From: a virus
Strand: one strand, 5' to 3'
Length of the DNA: 64,000 nucleotides
IMG/VR virus record: IMGVR_UViG_3300020472_001862
Location: 64,001-128,000 of that record
Both the position numbers and the translations under genes were made by a program. Positions 36,959-45,424 of this stretch are shown here, in pieces (position 1 is the stretch's first letter; each line of letters begins with the position of its first letter). Below the pieces are notes generated by a model. It saw only the letters and a list, made by a program, of their open reading frames with translations. It did not search any database and was not told the DNA's origin.

Positions 36959-38020
36959 ATGAAAGTAGCTCTAGTTACAGACACCCATTTTGGTGCCAGG
37001 AGTGATAGTTTAGCTTTTGATGCTTACTTTGCTAAGTTTTATGACGAGACATTCTTTCCTTACTTAAAAGAACATGACATTAAAACTGTATGCCATCTAG
37101 GCGACATATTTGATAGACGAAAGTATATAAATTTTAATACATTACGGTCTTGTAAAAGATACTTCTTTAAACAGGCTGAGGATATGGGAATAGATATCCA
37201 TATGATTCCTGGTAATCATGATACCTATTTTAAAAATACAAATGATGTAAACAGCCCTGACTTATTGTTAGGAGAATATAACAACATAACATTATATCAA
37301 GAACCAACAGAAATAATGTTAGATAGAGAGAAGGTTTTATACCTTCCATGGATATGTGGAGAAAATTATGACAGGACTATGGCCAAAATTAAAGAGTCTG
37401 ACGCAAAGACTTGCTTCGGACATTTCGAGTTCGCAGGTTACTTCCTTTTGCCTGGAATGCCTAATCTCCATGGCATGGATACTGACGCTTTTAGTGACTT
37501 TGATCTTGTGGTCAGTGGCCATTTTCATCATAGGCATAGCAGAGGGAATATTACATATATGGGCAACCCTTATGAAATCACTTGGTCTGACTATAAAGAC
37601 CCTAGAGGTTTCGCCATATATGACACGGTTAAAAGAGATTTGGAGTACATCAATAACCCGTTTAGAATCTTCCACAAGATTTATTACGACGATTCAGATT
37701 TCGAGGGGAGCAATGCCATTAGCAATTTTGATTTTACTAGTGTCGTTGGTTCTAATGTTAAATTAATTGTTAACAAAAAGACTGACTACAAAAAATTTGA
37801 TGACTTTGTAGACAAATTATACACATGCAATTTAATTGATCTAAAAATTATAGAAGACTTCTCAGAGTTTGAAGATGAAGCTCTAGGAGAGGATATAGAT
37901 TTAGAAGATACAATGACATTATTAAAAGAATATGTTGATGTCGTTGAAACGGATTTAGACAAACAACGGATTAAGAATTTATTACAAAGCCTTTATATCG
38001 AGGCACAAGATACTACATGA
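36959..38020 (+). CDS. g47: recombination endonuclease subunit gp47 (Mre11-like)
   Basis: TDTHFG, LGDIFDRR, GNHD, GHFH. Confidence 0.95.
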   Translation: MKVALVTDTHFGARSDSLAFDAYFAKFYDETFFPYLKEHDIKTVCHLGDIFDRRKYINFNTLRSCKRYFFKQAEDMGIDIHMIPGNHDTYFKNTNDVNSPDLLLGEYNNITLYQEPTEIMLDREKVLYLPWICGENYDRTMAKIKESDAKTCFGHFEFAGYFLLPGMPNLHGMDTDAFSDFDLVVSGHFHHRHSRGNITYMGNPYEITWSDYKDPRGFAIYDTVKRDLEYINNPFRIFHKIYYDDSDFEGSNAISNFDFTSVVGSNVKLIVNKKTDYKKFDDFVDKLYTCNLIDLKIIEDFSEFEDEALGEDIDLEDTMTLLKEYVDVVETDLDKQRIKNLLQSLYIEAQDTT

Positions 38021-39690
38021 TACAATTTAATACAATTAAGTGGAAAAACTTTTTGTCTACAGGTAATGCTTGGACAGAAGTAAAACTAGATCATTCCCCT
38101 AGTACATTAGTCGTAGGTGAGAATGGAAGTGGTAAGTCTACATTATTAGATGCCTTGACTTTTGCTTTGTTTAATAAACCTTTTAGAACAGTTTCCAAAC
38201 CTCAGCTTATTAATACTATTAATGGCAAGAATTGTTTAGTAGAAATATCATTTAGTATAGGCACAAAGAACTATACTATTAAGAGAGGACTACAACCTAG
38301 AGTATTTGATATTACAATTAATGGAGACTTGTTAGATAAGAATGCCAACATAAGAGACTTCCAGAAATATCTAGAAGAGAATATTCTTAAACTTAATTAC
38401 AAATCTTTTACACAAATTGTTATGTTAGGTAGTGCCTCATTTACACCTTTTATGCAGTTACACTTAGGTGCTAGGCGAGAGATCATTGAGGATATATTAG
38501 ACATCAGTATCTTTACAAGTATGAATGCTGTACTTAAAAGCAAACTTACACAATTAGAAAACGATAAAAGAATTGTTGAAGGTGAGATAGATGTAGCAAG
38601 GCAGAAAGCAAATATTCAAGAAACATATATAAAAACATTGGAGGATGATAAGTCCTCTAAAGTCACACAGATCTTAAAAGACATTAAGGAGACAGATAGT
38701 GCGATCGAGGAAGCTCATGAAGAGGCATCAAGACTCACAAAGGAGAAGCAGGAGGTTGGTCCTGTTACGGAAAAGAAAAGAAAACTTGAAGAATTTAGAA
38801 GTAAGTTCGAAGGACAAGTCAGTAAGCACAGAAAAGAATTAGAATTTTTTCACAACACAGACGAGTGTCCTACATGCCAGCAAGGTATAGAACACGATCA
38901 TAAAGAATTAATGACGCAGAGAGATGAAGAAAAGATCTCAGAACTTGAAAAGGCTCTACAAGAACTGGATACGCAGTATAGCGAGGTAGAAGTATTAGTA
39001 CAAAAGGTTCAAGAGTTAGACGAAAAGATAATGGAAACAAACAATGAAGTCATTGCACAACAAAGAATACAACAACGATTACAATTAGAACTTAGTGATA
39101 CAGAACATAAGACAGGTAACATCACTGAGGAAAAGAAAAAACTTAAAACACTTGCAAAGGATACAATTAAAAAAGTTGAAAGTAGAAGTGAACTAAGTAA
39201 CAATGAACACTATTATTCTGTCTGTAAATCTATGTTACAGGATACCGGAATCAAGACAAAGATTATTAAGGCATATCTTCCTATAATAAATAAATTAGTT
39301 AACAAATATCTAGCAGCGATGGATTTCTTTGTGCAGTTTGATTTAGATGAAACATTTAAAGAAACAATTAAGTCTAGACACAGAGATAAATTTAGTTATG
39401 CCTCATTTAGTGAAGGTGAAAAACAAAGAATAGATTTAGCCTTAGTGTTTACATGGAGAACTATTGCTAAGATGAAAAATAGCGCTAGTACTAATCTGTT
39501 ATTACTTGATGAAGTGTTTGATAGTTCCTTGGATAACAATGGTACAGAATTTGTTATGAACTTGTTAAACACTATTGGCGAAGATACAAATGTCTTTGTA
39601 ATCTCGCACAAGGGTGATCAACTGTTTGATAAATTCAGAGGTGTTATTAAATTTGAGAAGAGGCAGAACTATTCTGTAATAGCAAAGTGA
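38017..39690 (+). CDS. g46: recombination endonuclease subunit gp46 (Rad50-like)
   Basis: GENGSGKS, CPTC hook, FSEGEK, LLDEVFDSSLD. Confidence 0.96.
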   Translation: MIQFNTIKWKNFLSTGNAWTEVKLDHSPSTLVVGENGSGKSTLLDALTFALFNKPFRTVSKPQLINTINGKNCLVEISFSIGTKNYTIKRGLQPRVFDITINGDLLDKNANIRDFQKYLEENILKLNYKSFTQIVMLGSASFTPFMQLHLGARREIIEDILDISIFTSMNAVLKSKLTQLENDKRIVEGEIDVARQKANIQETYIKTLEDDKSSKVTQILKDIKETDSAIEEAHEEASRLTKEKQEVGPVTEKKRKLEEFRSKFEGQVSKHRKELEFFHNTDECPTCQQGIEHDHKELMTQRDEEKISELEKALQELDTQYSEVEVLVQKVQELDEKIMETNNEVIAQQRIQQRLQLELSDTEHKTGNITEEKKKLKTLAKDTIKKVESRSELSNNEHYYSVCKSMLQDTGIKTKIIKAYLPIINKLVNKYLAAMDFFVQFDLDETFKETIKSRHRDKFSYASFSEGEKQRIDLALVFTWRTIAKMKNSASTNLLLLDEVFDSSLDNNGTEFVMNLLNTIGEDTNVFVISHKGDQLFDKFRGVIKFEKRQNYSVIAK

Positions 39691-39697
39691 AGACAAC

Positions 39698-40780
39698 ATG
39701 AATAATATTAAAATTATTTTGAGAAACCCATTACAAGTAAAGGTCCAAGAAGGATATAGTGACTTTTTAGAATACACTATTATACCTTCAGATACACCTA
39801 TTAAAGAAGCATGGTTAGATAAACTTAGAGATATACTTAGACAAAACTTACCTATTGATAATGACTTTTGCCACTTAGGTTTCCCACAGACACATAGGGA
39901 CTTACCTTTTTTGTGCAATAGACTTAATGATTGTAAAAGAATAATAAATGAATTTCCTTGGGAAGACTTTGTACTTAGACCTATAGAAATAACAGAAACA
40001 TTTACGCCTGAATTGGTTGTAAATAATGAGTCTGAATTTACAGGCATCACAGGAGGAGCAGATGATTGGGTTAATCATGATGTGATGAATAAACTTCACA
40101 ACTATTTTGAGAAAATGAATGGCACAATAGAAAATCCTTCTCCCTATATAGCAGCAGCACAAAAATGGCCAGAGATAATAATTGATGATGTTGTACATTA
40201 TCCTAAAAATGTAGATCAAAACACACCATGCGCACAGGCAATAAAAGATTTAAATTTAGTATGTCATGAGATGGAATCATTAATCAACGCACAGAAAGCA
40301 GGACTAGATGCTACTGCAACAACTATTGTTCAATGGAATAGATCAGATAGATGGCCTTTAGAGGACTATATGAGAGATGGATTTTTAGAAAATAGATACA
40401 AAAGAGTTCCAGGAGGAGTATATTTACATTGGAGTCAAGTAGGTAAAACATTATTAGAAGTATTTAATGATGAGGGTGCTCCTAAATTAGATAAAGCAAC
40501 ATGCGAGGCTATAACACATTTAGATTATTATAGTTCCATGTTTGATATACATTGGGGGCCTGAACAAGATTGGGCACCACATGAATTTTGGCCTTGGTTA
40601 GAAGAGAATGGATTTGATCCTAACGATAAATATCTATCATTAGGATTTATGCCAATAGGCCAAGTAGACTTAGAACACTCTTTCGGAACGGTAGATCCCA
40701 AGAAAATTTTAGCTATTAAAGGCAGGTATCTACATATACATAGTATAGAGTTCGACGGTATTAAAGCTGTGTATGAGTAA
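39698..40780 (+). CDS. hypothetical protein (360 aa)
   Basis: Long ORF; MNKLHNYFE, LNLVCHEME, YLHWSQVGK; no function recognised. Confidence 0.75.
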   Translation: MNNIKIILRNPLQVKVQEGYSDFLEYTIIPSDTPIKEAWLDKLRDILRQNLPIDNDFCHLGFPQTHRDLPFLCNRLNDCKRIINEFPWEDFVLRPIEITETFTPELVVNNESEFTGITGGADDWVNHDVMNKLHNYFEKMNGTIENPSPYIAAAQKWPEIIIDDVVHYPKNVDQNTPCAQAIKDLNLVCHEMESLINAQKAGLDATATTIVQWNRSDRWPLEDYMRDGFLENRYKRVPGGVYLHWSQVGKTLLEVFNDEGAPKLDKATCEAITHLDYYSSMFDIHWGPEQDWAPHEFWPWLEENGFDPNDKYLSLGFMPIGQVDLEHSFGTVDPKKILAIKGRYLHIHSIEFDGIKAVYE

Positions 40781-41066
40781 AGGGAGTAAGCGTAGACCTG
40801 GTAAAGGCTATGAAGATAATTGGGACTTAATTTTTAAAAGGAAGAAAATGATAGAAATATATGGAAAACCAAGATGTCCATTTTGTGATAGAGCTAAAGC
40901 ACTATGTGAACAGAAAGGATTAGAATACGAATACAAAATGTTAGATGCAGATTTTACTGCTGAGGAAATGTTTGAAAGAGCGCCTAATGCTAAAACATTC
41001 CCACAAATTTTTATAGATGGTGAATCTATTGGCGGGTACACCGAGTTGGAGAAACTACATGGCTGA
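40773..41066 (+). CDS. glutaredoxin (CPFC) with a 25-aa basic N-terminal extension; internal start at 40848
   Basis: CPFC, TFPQIF, IGGY. Confidence 0.9.
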   Translation: MSKGSKRRPGKGYEDNWDLIFKRKKMIEIYGKPRCPFCDRAKALCEQKGLEYEYKMLDADFTAEEMFERAPNAKTFPQIFIDGESIGGYTELEKLHG

Positions 41067-41421
41067 GTTTACCGGCACAGGCTATATTGCTTTGCCAACA
41101 ACAGTACATATAAAGGACAGTCCTATCCATGGACAAGGTCTTTTTGCTAAGGAAGATATTCCTTTAGACACAGAGCTAGGAGAGGCGCATGCTTTTCTAA
41201 TGCAGGACTTTCAAGATGGTGTATGGGCTAGAAAAACATGGATGAGAACTCCTTTAGGAGCTTTTATTAATCATAGCGATACACCTAATGCTATTGTAGA
41301 AGTAAGAACGCCTGTAGAGTTTCCTAATACAACAACACTGATTACAACAACTAATATTTTAGCTGGCGAAGAAATAACAGTATCATATGATGAAGGTACA
41401 TTTTCATTACTAGGACTATGA
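41059..41421 (+). CDS. SET-domain protein 1
   Basis: SPIHGQGLFA, FINHSDTPN, GEEITVSY. Confidence 0.88.
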   Translation: MAEFTGTGYIALPTTVHIKDSPIHGQGLFAKEDIPLDTELGEAHAFLMQDFQDGVWARKTWMRTPLGAFINHSDTPNAIVEVRTPVEFPNTTTLITTTNILAGEEITVSYDEGTFSLLGL

Positions 41422-41771
41422 GTTTTGATAAAGACACTTATCGTCCTTTACCAAAAGGTTTAACGATAAAAGAATCTAAAATAGATGGATTAGGGTTACA
41501 TGCTTCTATGCCTCATAGTGCAGGTACAAAGTTTGGCGAGACACATGTATTAGTACATAGTAGAGATAGACACGAGTGGGTAAGAACACCCTTAGGAGGT
41601 TTTATAAATCATAGTAATAATCCTAATTGTTTTATAACAACAGAAGCAGGTGATAGAACATTATATGCTATAAAACCTATTAAAAAAGGAGATGAACTAA
41701 CAGTCTTTTATAGGTTTAAAGGTTATGATGGAATAATAAATAGCGATATACAACCAGATGTAGGCGGTTAA
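41418..41771 (+). CDS. SET-domain protein 2
   Basis: SKIDGLGL, FINHSNNPN, GDELTVFY. Confidence 0.88.
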   Translation: MSFDKDTYRPLPKGLTIKESKIDGLGLHASMPHSAGTKFGETHVLVHSRDRHEWVRTPLGGFINHSNNPNCFITTEAGDRTLYAIKPIKKGDELTVFYRFKGYDGIINSDIQPDVGG

Positions 41772-41772
41772 C

Positions 41773-42345
41773 ATGGAAGAAATGAAATTAACAGAAACAG
41801 AACACACAGATTTAGATGAATTACATTTATTGCCTTTTACTGATCCTTTATTGAAAAGAAAACCTAAACCCTTTGACTTTGATAAAGAAGATGCTAAGGC
41901 AATTAAAGATAAATTGATTGCCAAGATGTATGAACTTGGTGGAGTAGGACTTTCAGCCAATCAAGTAGGTATAGATAGAGCTGTCTTTGTTGTAGGTGAT
42001 GGCCAAATAGATGGAATGCAAAAAGCATTCTTTAATCCTGAAATACTAGGTATAGGAAAAGAGATGGAGTCAATGAAAGAAGGCTGTTTATCTTTTCCAG
42101 GCTTATGGCTTATGGTAAGTAGACCTAAACAGGCTATGATAAAATATTGGGACGAAGAAGGCGAAGAACATATGGAAACTTATGAGGGTGTAACTAGTCG
42201 TGTTATACAACATGAGTATGATCACATGCTAGGACATAATTTTACTCATAGAGTATCTAAAATAAAATTAGACCGTGCTTTTAAGGCCCTAGATAAGAAG
42301 GTTAAGAAGTACCAAAGACGACAAGCACAGGCCAAACAGGCATAA
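41773..42345 (+). CDS. def: peptide deformylase
   Basis: GVGLSANQ, EGCLS, QHEYDH. Confidence 0.95.
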   Translation: MEEMKLTETEHTDLDELHLLPFTDPLLKRKPKPFDFDKEDAKAIKDKLIAKMYELGGVGLSANQVGIDRAVFVVGDGQIDGMQKAFFNPEILGIGKEMESMKEGCLSFPGLWLMVSRPKQAMIKYWDEEGEEHMETYEGVTSRVIQHEYDHMLGHNFTHRVSKIKLDRAFKALDKKVKKYQRRQAQAKQA

Positions 42346-42366
42346 ATAGTATTAAAGGAGAAACAG

Positions 42367-42720
42367 ATGGCAGATGACATATTTGACTTTGGTTTTACAG
42401 CAGTAGATGAACCTGATCAGGGAACACCTGCTCCTGCACAACCGTCTGTAGACTCAGACGCAATCTTAGATAAACTAGCACAACTAGAAGCTAAGGTATT
42501 GAACGCAGATAATTCTGGAATGGTTAATGAACACAGGGCATTAATTGAATCCGATGTATCTAGCAAACTTCGTGATGTAGAGGATCTTGTCCTCCCTTTA
42601 CTTTACAATTTGCAAAAGAATCCTGAAAAGGAATATATTCATTGGCCAAATAGAACGGCTATTATTGACAAACAAATTGAAAAGATAAAGGCGGTAACAA
42701 GATACTATGAGCGAGTCTAA
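42367..42720 (+). CDS. conserved T4-like hypothetical protein
   Basis: FDFGFTAVDE, PLLYNL.KNPEKEYIHWPNR; CATAAATA late-like box at 42341. Confidence 0.75.
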   Translation: MADDIFDFGFTAVDEPDQGTPAPAQPSVDSDAILDKLAQLEAKVLNADNSGMVNEHRALIESDVSSKLRDVEDLVLPLLYNLQKNPEKEYIHWPNRTAIIDKQIEKIKAVTRYYERV

Positions 42721-43318
42721 CGGATTAAATAAAAACCAATTACAAAACGCATACCAAAGACCAGTAGCTAACATCTATGACTTGTACCTCACAGGTGCAA
42801 TAGGAGATGCCAAAGACTATCAAGATTGGAATCAAATGATGAGATCAGCTACGGAAAATGATGTTGTTTACATACATATTAATTCTAATGGCGGTGAGAT
42901 ATTTACAGCTATACAATTAATGAGAACAATGCAGGAGACACAGGCAACTGTAATAGCTTCTGTGGAAGGTATGTGCATGTCAGCAGCCACATTATTATTT
43001 TTAACAGCAGATGTATGTGAAGTATCAGAACATAGTCATTTCATGTTCCATACATACAGTTCAGGTAATTGGGGTAAGGGTAGTGAACAATTAGCTAATG
43101 TAATGGCTGATGATAAATGGGCACGACACTTATTCAATACAGTTTACAAAGGATTCTTAGATCCAAAAGAGATGGAGTCAATGATTGATGGTAAGGACTT
43201 ATGGATGAATCCTGCAGAAGTAGGCAAGAGGTTAGAGAAAAGAAACAAACTAGCCTTAAAAGGTAAAGGACCAAAAAAGAAGGAAAAAGCTTTACTTTCA
43301 CCTAAAAAGACTCCATAA
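42707..43318 (+). CDS. ClpP-like serine protease
   Basis: INSNGGE, CMSAAT (Ser), FMFH (His), DLWM. Confidence 0.85.
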   Translation: MSESNGLNKNQLQNAYQRPVANIYDLYLTGAIGDAKDYQDWNQMMRSATENDVVYIHINSNGGEIFTAIQLMRTMQETQATVIASVEGMCMSAATLLFLTADVCEVSEHSHFMFHTYSSGNWGKGSEQLANVMADDKWARHLFNTVYKGFLDPKEMESMIDGKDLWMNPAEVGKRLEKRNKLALKGKGPKKKEKALLSPKKTP

Positions 43319-43319
43319 T
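43291..43319 (+). promoter_or_regulatory. sigma70-type promoter TTTACT-N17-CATAAT
   Basis: Same register and AAAGAC box as the AGAG promoter family. Confidence 0.55.
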
Positions 43320-43341
43320 TGTAAGTATATAGGAGAAAGAT

Positions 43342-43782
43342 ATGAAAGAAGTTTTTAAGTTTATTTGTGTAATGTTTATAATGGCTCTTGCAGCAGGCCT
43401 GTCACCTAAAGCAGAGGCAGCAGACACCAGTGATGTAATTGCAGGTATTATATTTGGAGGTTGGTTAGGCAGTGAATGGCAAAAAGACAGACAACCTATT
43501 GAACCCTATGTAACACACTTCCCACATGGAACAATCATTGTTCCAGGGTATAAATTAACAAGAAACATGCAGTGCTTTTTTGAAATGGAAGCAGATGGCA
43601 TGCCCAAGTATGCGGTGCCTAACTGTTCCACTAGTGGTAGCAGTTATCGCAACAAATATTCTAACGCAAAAATCCTCCAGCAGGATATGTATCCTTGCGG
43701 TAGTTATTGGGGATATGGTTGCAGACATTTAGTTCAACAACTAAAAAATGGAACCATTACAGGGGTATTTAATTTTAATTAA
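43342..43782 (+). CDS. exported protein with signal peptide
   Basis: Hydrophobic N-term with AEA cleavage-like site; VIAGIIFGGWLG; paired cysteines. Confidence 0.65.
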   Translation: MKEVFKFICVMFIMALAAGLSPKAEAADTSDVIAGIIFGGWLGSEWQKDRQPIEPYVTHFPHGTIIVPGYKLTRNMQCFFEMEADGMPKYAVPNCSTSGSSYRNKYSNAKILQQDMYPCGSYWGYGCRHLVQQLKNGTITGVFNFN

Positions 43783-43790
43783 GGAGTAAT

Positions 43791-45326
43791 ATGAAACACT
43801 TGAATGTGAAAGCCCTACTAACAGTAGGACTAATTTTCGTTATGACACCAGGAATGGCGTCAGATATAGAAGAAGTAATTGTAATAGGAGCCAATGAAAC
43901 ATTTGGTTCATCTCAACCAGAGTATGATAATTCAGTACTAGAAGCAGTAGATGTTTATAGTGTATATCAAGCTGGTGGAAGAGGAGGTTTTGCAGGAGTT
44001 TCTAGCAATGGAACAGATGTAAAACATACAGCAGTTTTTAGAAATGGAATCCCTGTAAACAATCCAGGAGGTGGCTGGTTTGATTTTGGAACTGAACTAC
44101 CTACATTTCAAGACTTTACAATTATATCAGGACCTAATAGCGTATTGTTTGGTAGCTCAGCAATGGCAGGAACAGTACTTATGGAGGACACATTTTCCCC
44201 ACACTTTTTTACTAAGGGTGGCGACAAAAGATACTTAGTATCATTGGGCAATGAATATGTATCATTAGCACATTACAAAGGATCTAATGGTTCTGCACGA
44301 ACAGATAATAATGAGGAAGATTGGTTTGAAAATACAACACTAAAAACTAATTACCAGGTAGGTGATTGGAAACTTGTATCCTCATACCAAGACTATACTT
44401 ATGATTATGACAACTGTTGGTTTGGAATTGACGGTAATGATTGTGTACAACAAGGTGAAAAAGTAGACATGTCAATTAGAAATAGTTGGCTCACAGTAGG
44501 CTATGGACAAAATGATGTTGAACACAATACAGGATGGGAATCTAAAAGCAAAAGATATTTTGTGGATGCTAATGAAGAAATTTTACCTGGATTAATTGTA
44601 GGCGCACAAGCACACAGGCAGGAGTATAATGAATATTGGTATCAACATTATGCCACCTATGTAAATTATTCTTTAGAAAATCATAGCATTGGTTGGAGAG
44701 TAGAAGACGACGATCATGTAATTAGATATGGTTTTGAAAAAGATCTATTTAGACTTTCATTAGGTAACAGTATTAGAATGCCTAATCTATATGAAAGGTT
44801 TGGTGATGATTGGGTAGCAGCTAACCCTGGATTAAAAGCAGAGAAAGGTAAAGGCATAACATTAGGATATGGATTCCTCTCAGCATTTTATTATGACTTC
44901 TCAGAAAGTATAGATTTTGATATGGGTACTTATGGTTATGTCAACTCAGGAGGATATGAATCCAAAGGATTTAGTATTGAAAAACATTTCCTATATGATG
45001 ATGGTGCATTACATGTATCAACTTCATATACTGATACAGATCAAATTAGAGCTGCCAAATATGAAACAAAGTTATCCTGGTTCAGTACAATACAAGGCTG
45101 GGACTATCTAATATCATATGTAGGACAATACGACAGAGGTAATGACTTTGACGGAACACCTATTGATGATGTATCAACCTTTGATTTTAATGTAGGATAC
45201 TACATAAGGCCAGGATTGCGTTTTGCAGTCGAGATTAGGGACATTTTGAACAGAGAATTCGAGATTTTGCCCCATTATGGCGCTGGTGGAAGGGAAATAA
45301 ATCTCACCTTACACCTAAGTTATTGA
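43791..45326 (+). CDS. TonB-dependent outer-membrane receptor (BtuB-like, compact 511 aa)
   Basis: Signal peptide, TonB box IEEVIVIG, plug HTAVFRNGIPVN and SGPNSVLFGSSAMAG, RMPNLYE..NPGLKAE, C-terminal aromatic LHLSY. Confidence 0.85.
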   Translation: MKHLNVKALLTVGLIFVMTPGMASDIEEVIVIGANETFGSSQPEYDNSVLEAVDVYSVYQAGGRGGFAGVSSNGTDVKHTAVFRNGIPVNNPGGGWFDFGTELPTFQDFTIISGPNSVLFGSSAMAGTVLMEDTFSPHFFTKGGDKRYLVSLGNEYVSLAHYKGSNGSARTDNNEEDWFENTTLKTNYQVGDWKLVSSYQDYTYDYDNCWFGIDGNDCVQQGEKVDMSIRNSWLTVGYGQNDVEHNTGWESKSKRYFVDANEEILPGLIVGAQAHRQEYNEYWYQHYATYVNYSLENHSIGWRVEDDDHVIRYGFEKDLFRLSLGNSIRMPNLYERFGDDWVAANPGLKAEKGKGITLGYGFLSAFYYDFSESIDFDMGTYGYVNSGGYESKGFSIEKHFLYDDGALHVSTSYTDTDQIRAAKYETKLSWFSTIQGWDYLISYVGQYDRGNDFDGTPIDDVSTFDFNVGYYIRPGLRFAVEIRDILNREFEILPHYGAGGREINLTLHLSY

Positions 45327-45345
45327 AATAAATAGTAAAAAGATT

Positions 45346-45424
45346 TCAAAAAATGCTTGACTCTTGGTTCGCCAGAGTGCATAATACATGTATATTAAAT
45401 AAAAAGTGAGGACTTAATAATATG
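45346..45424 (+). repeat. duplicated promoter-leader copy 1 (TTGACT 45357, CATAAT 45380)
   Basis: About 78 bp nearly identical to 47946..48025. Confidence 0.9.
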
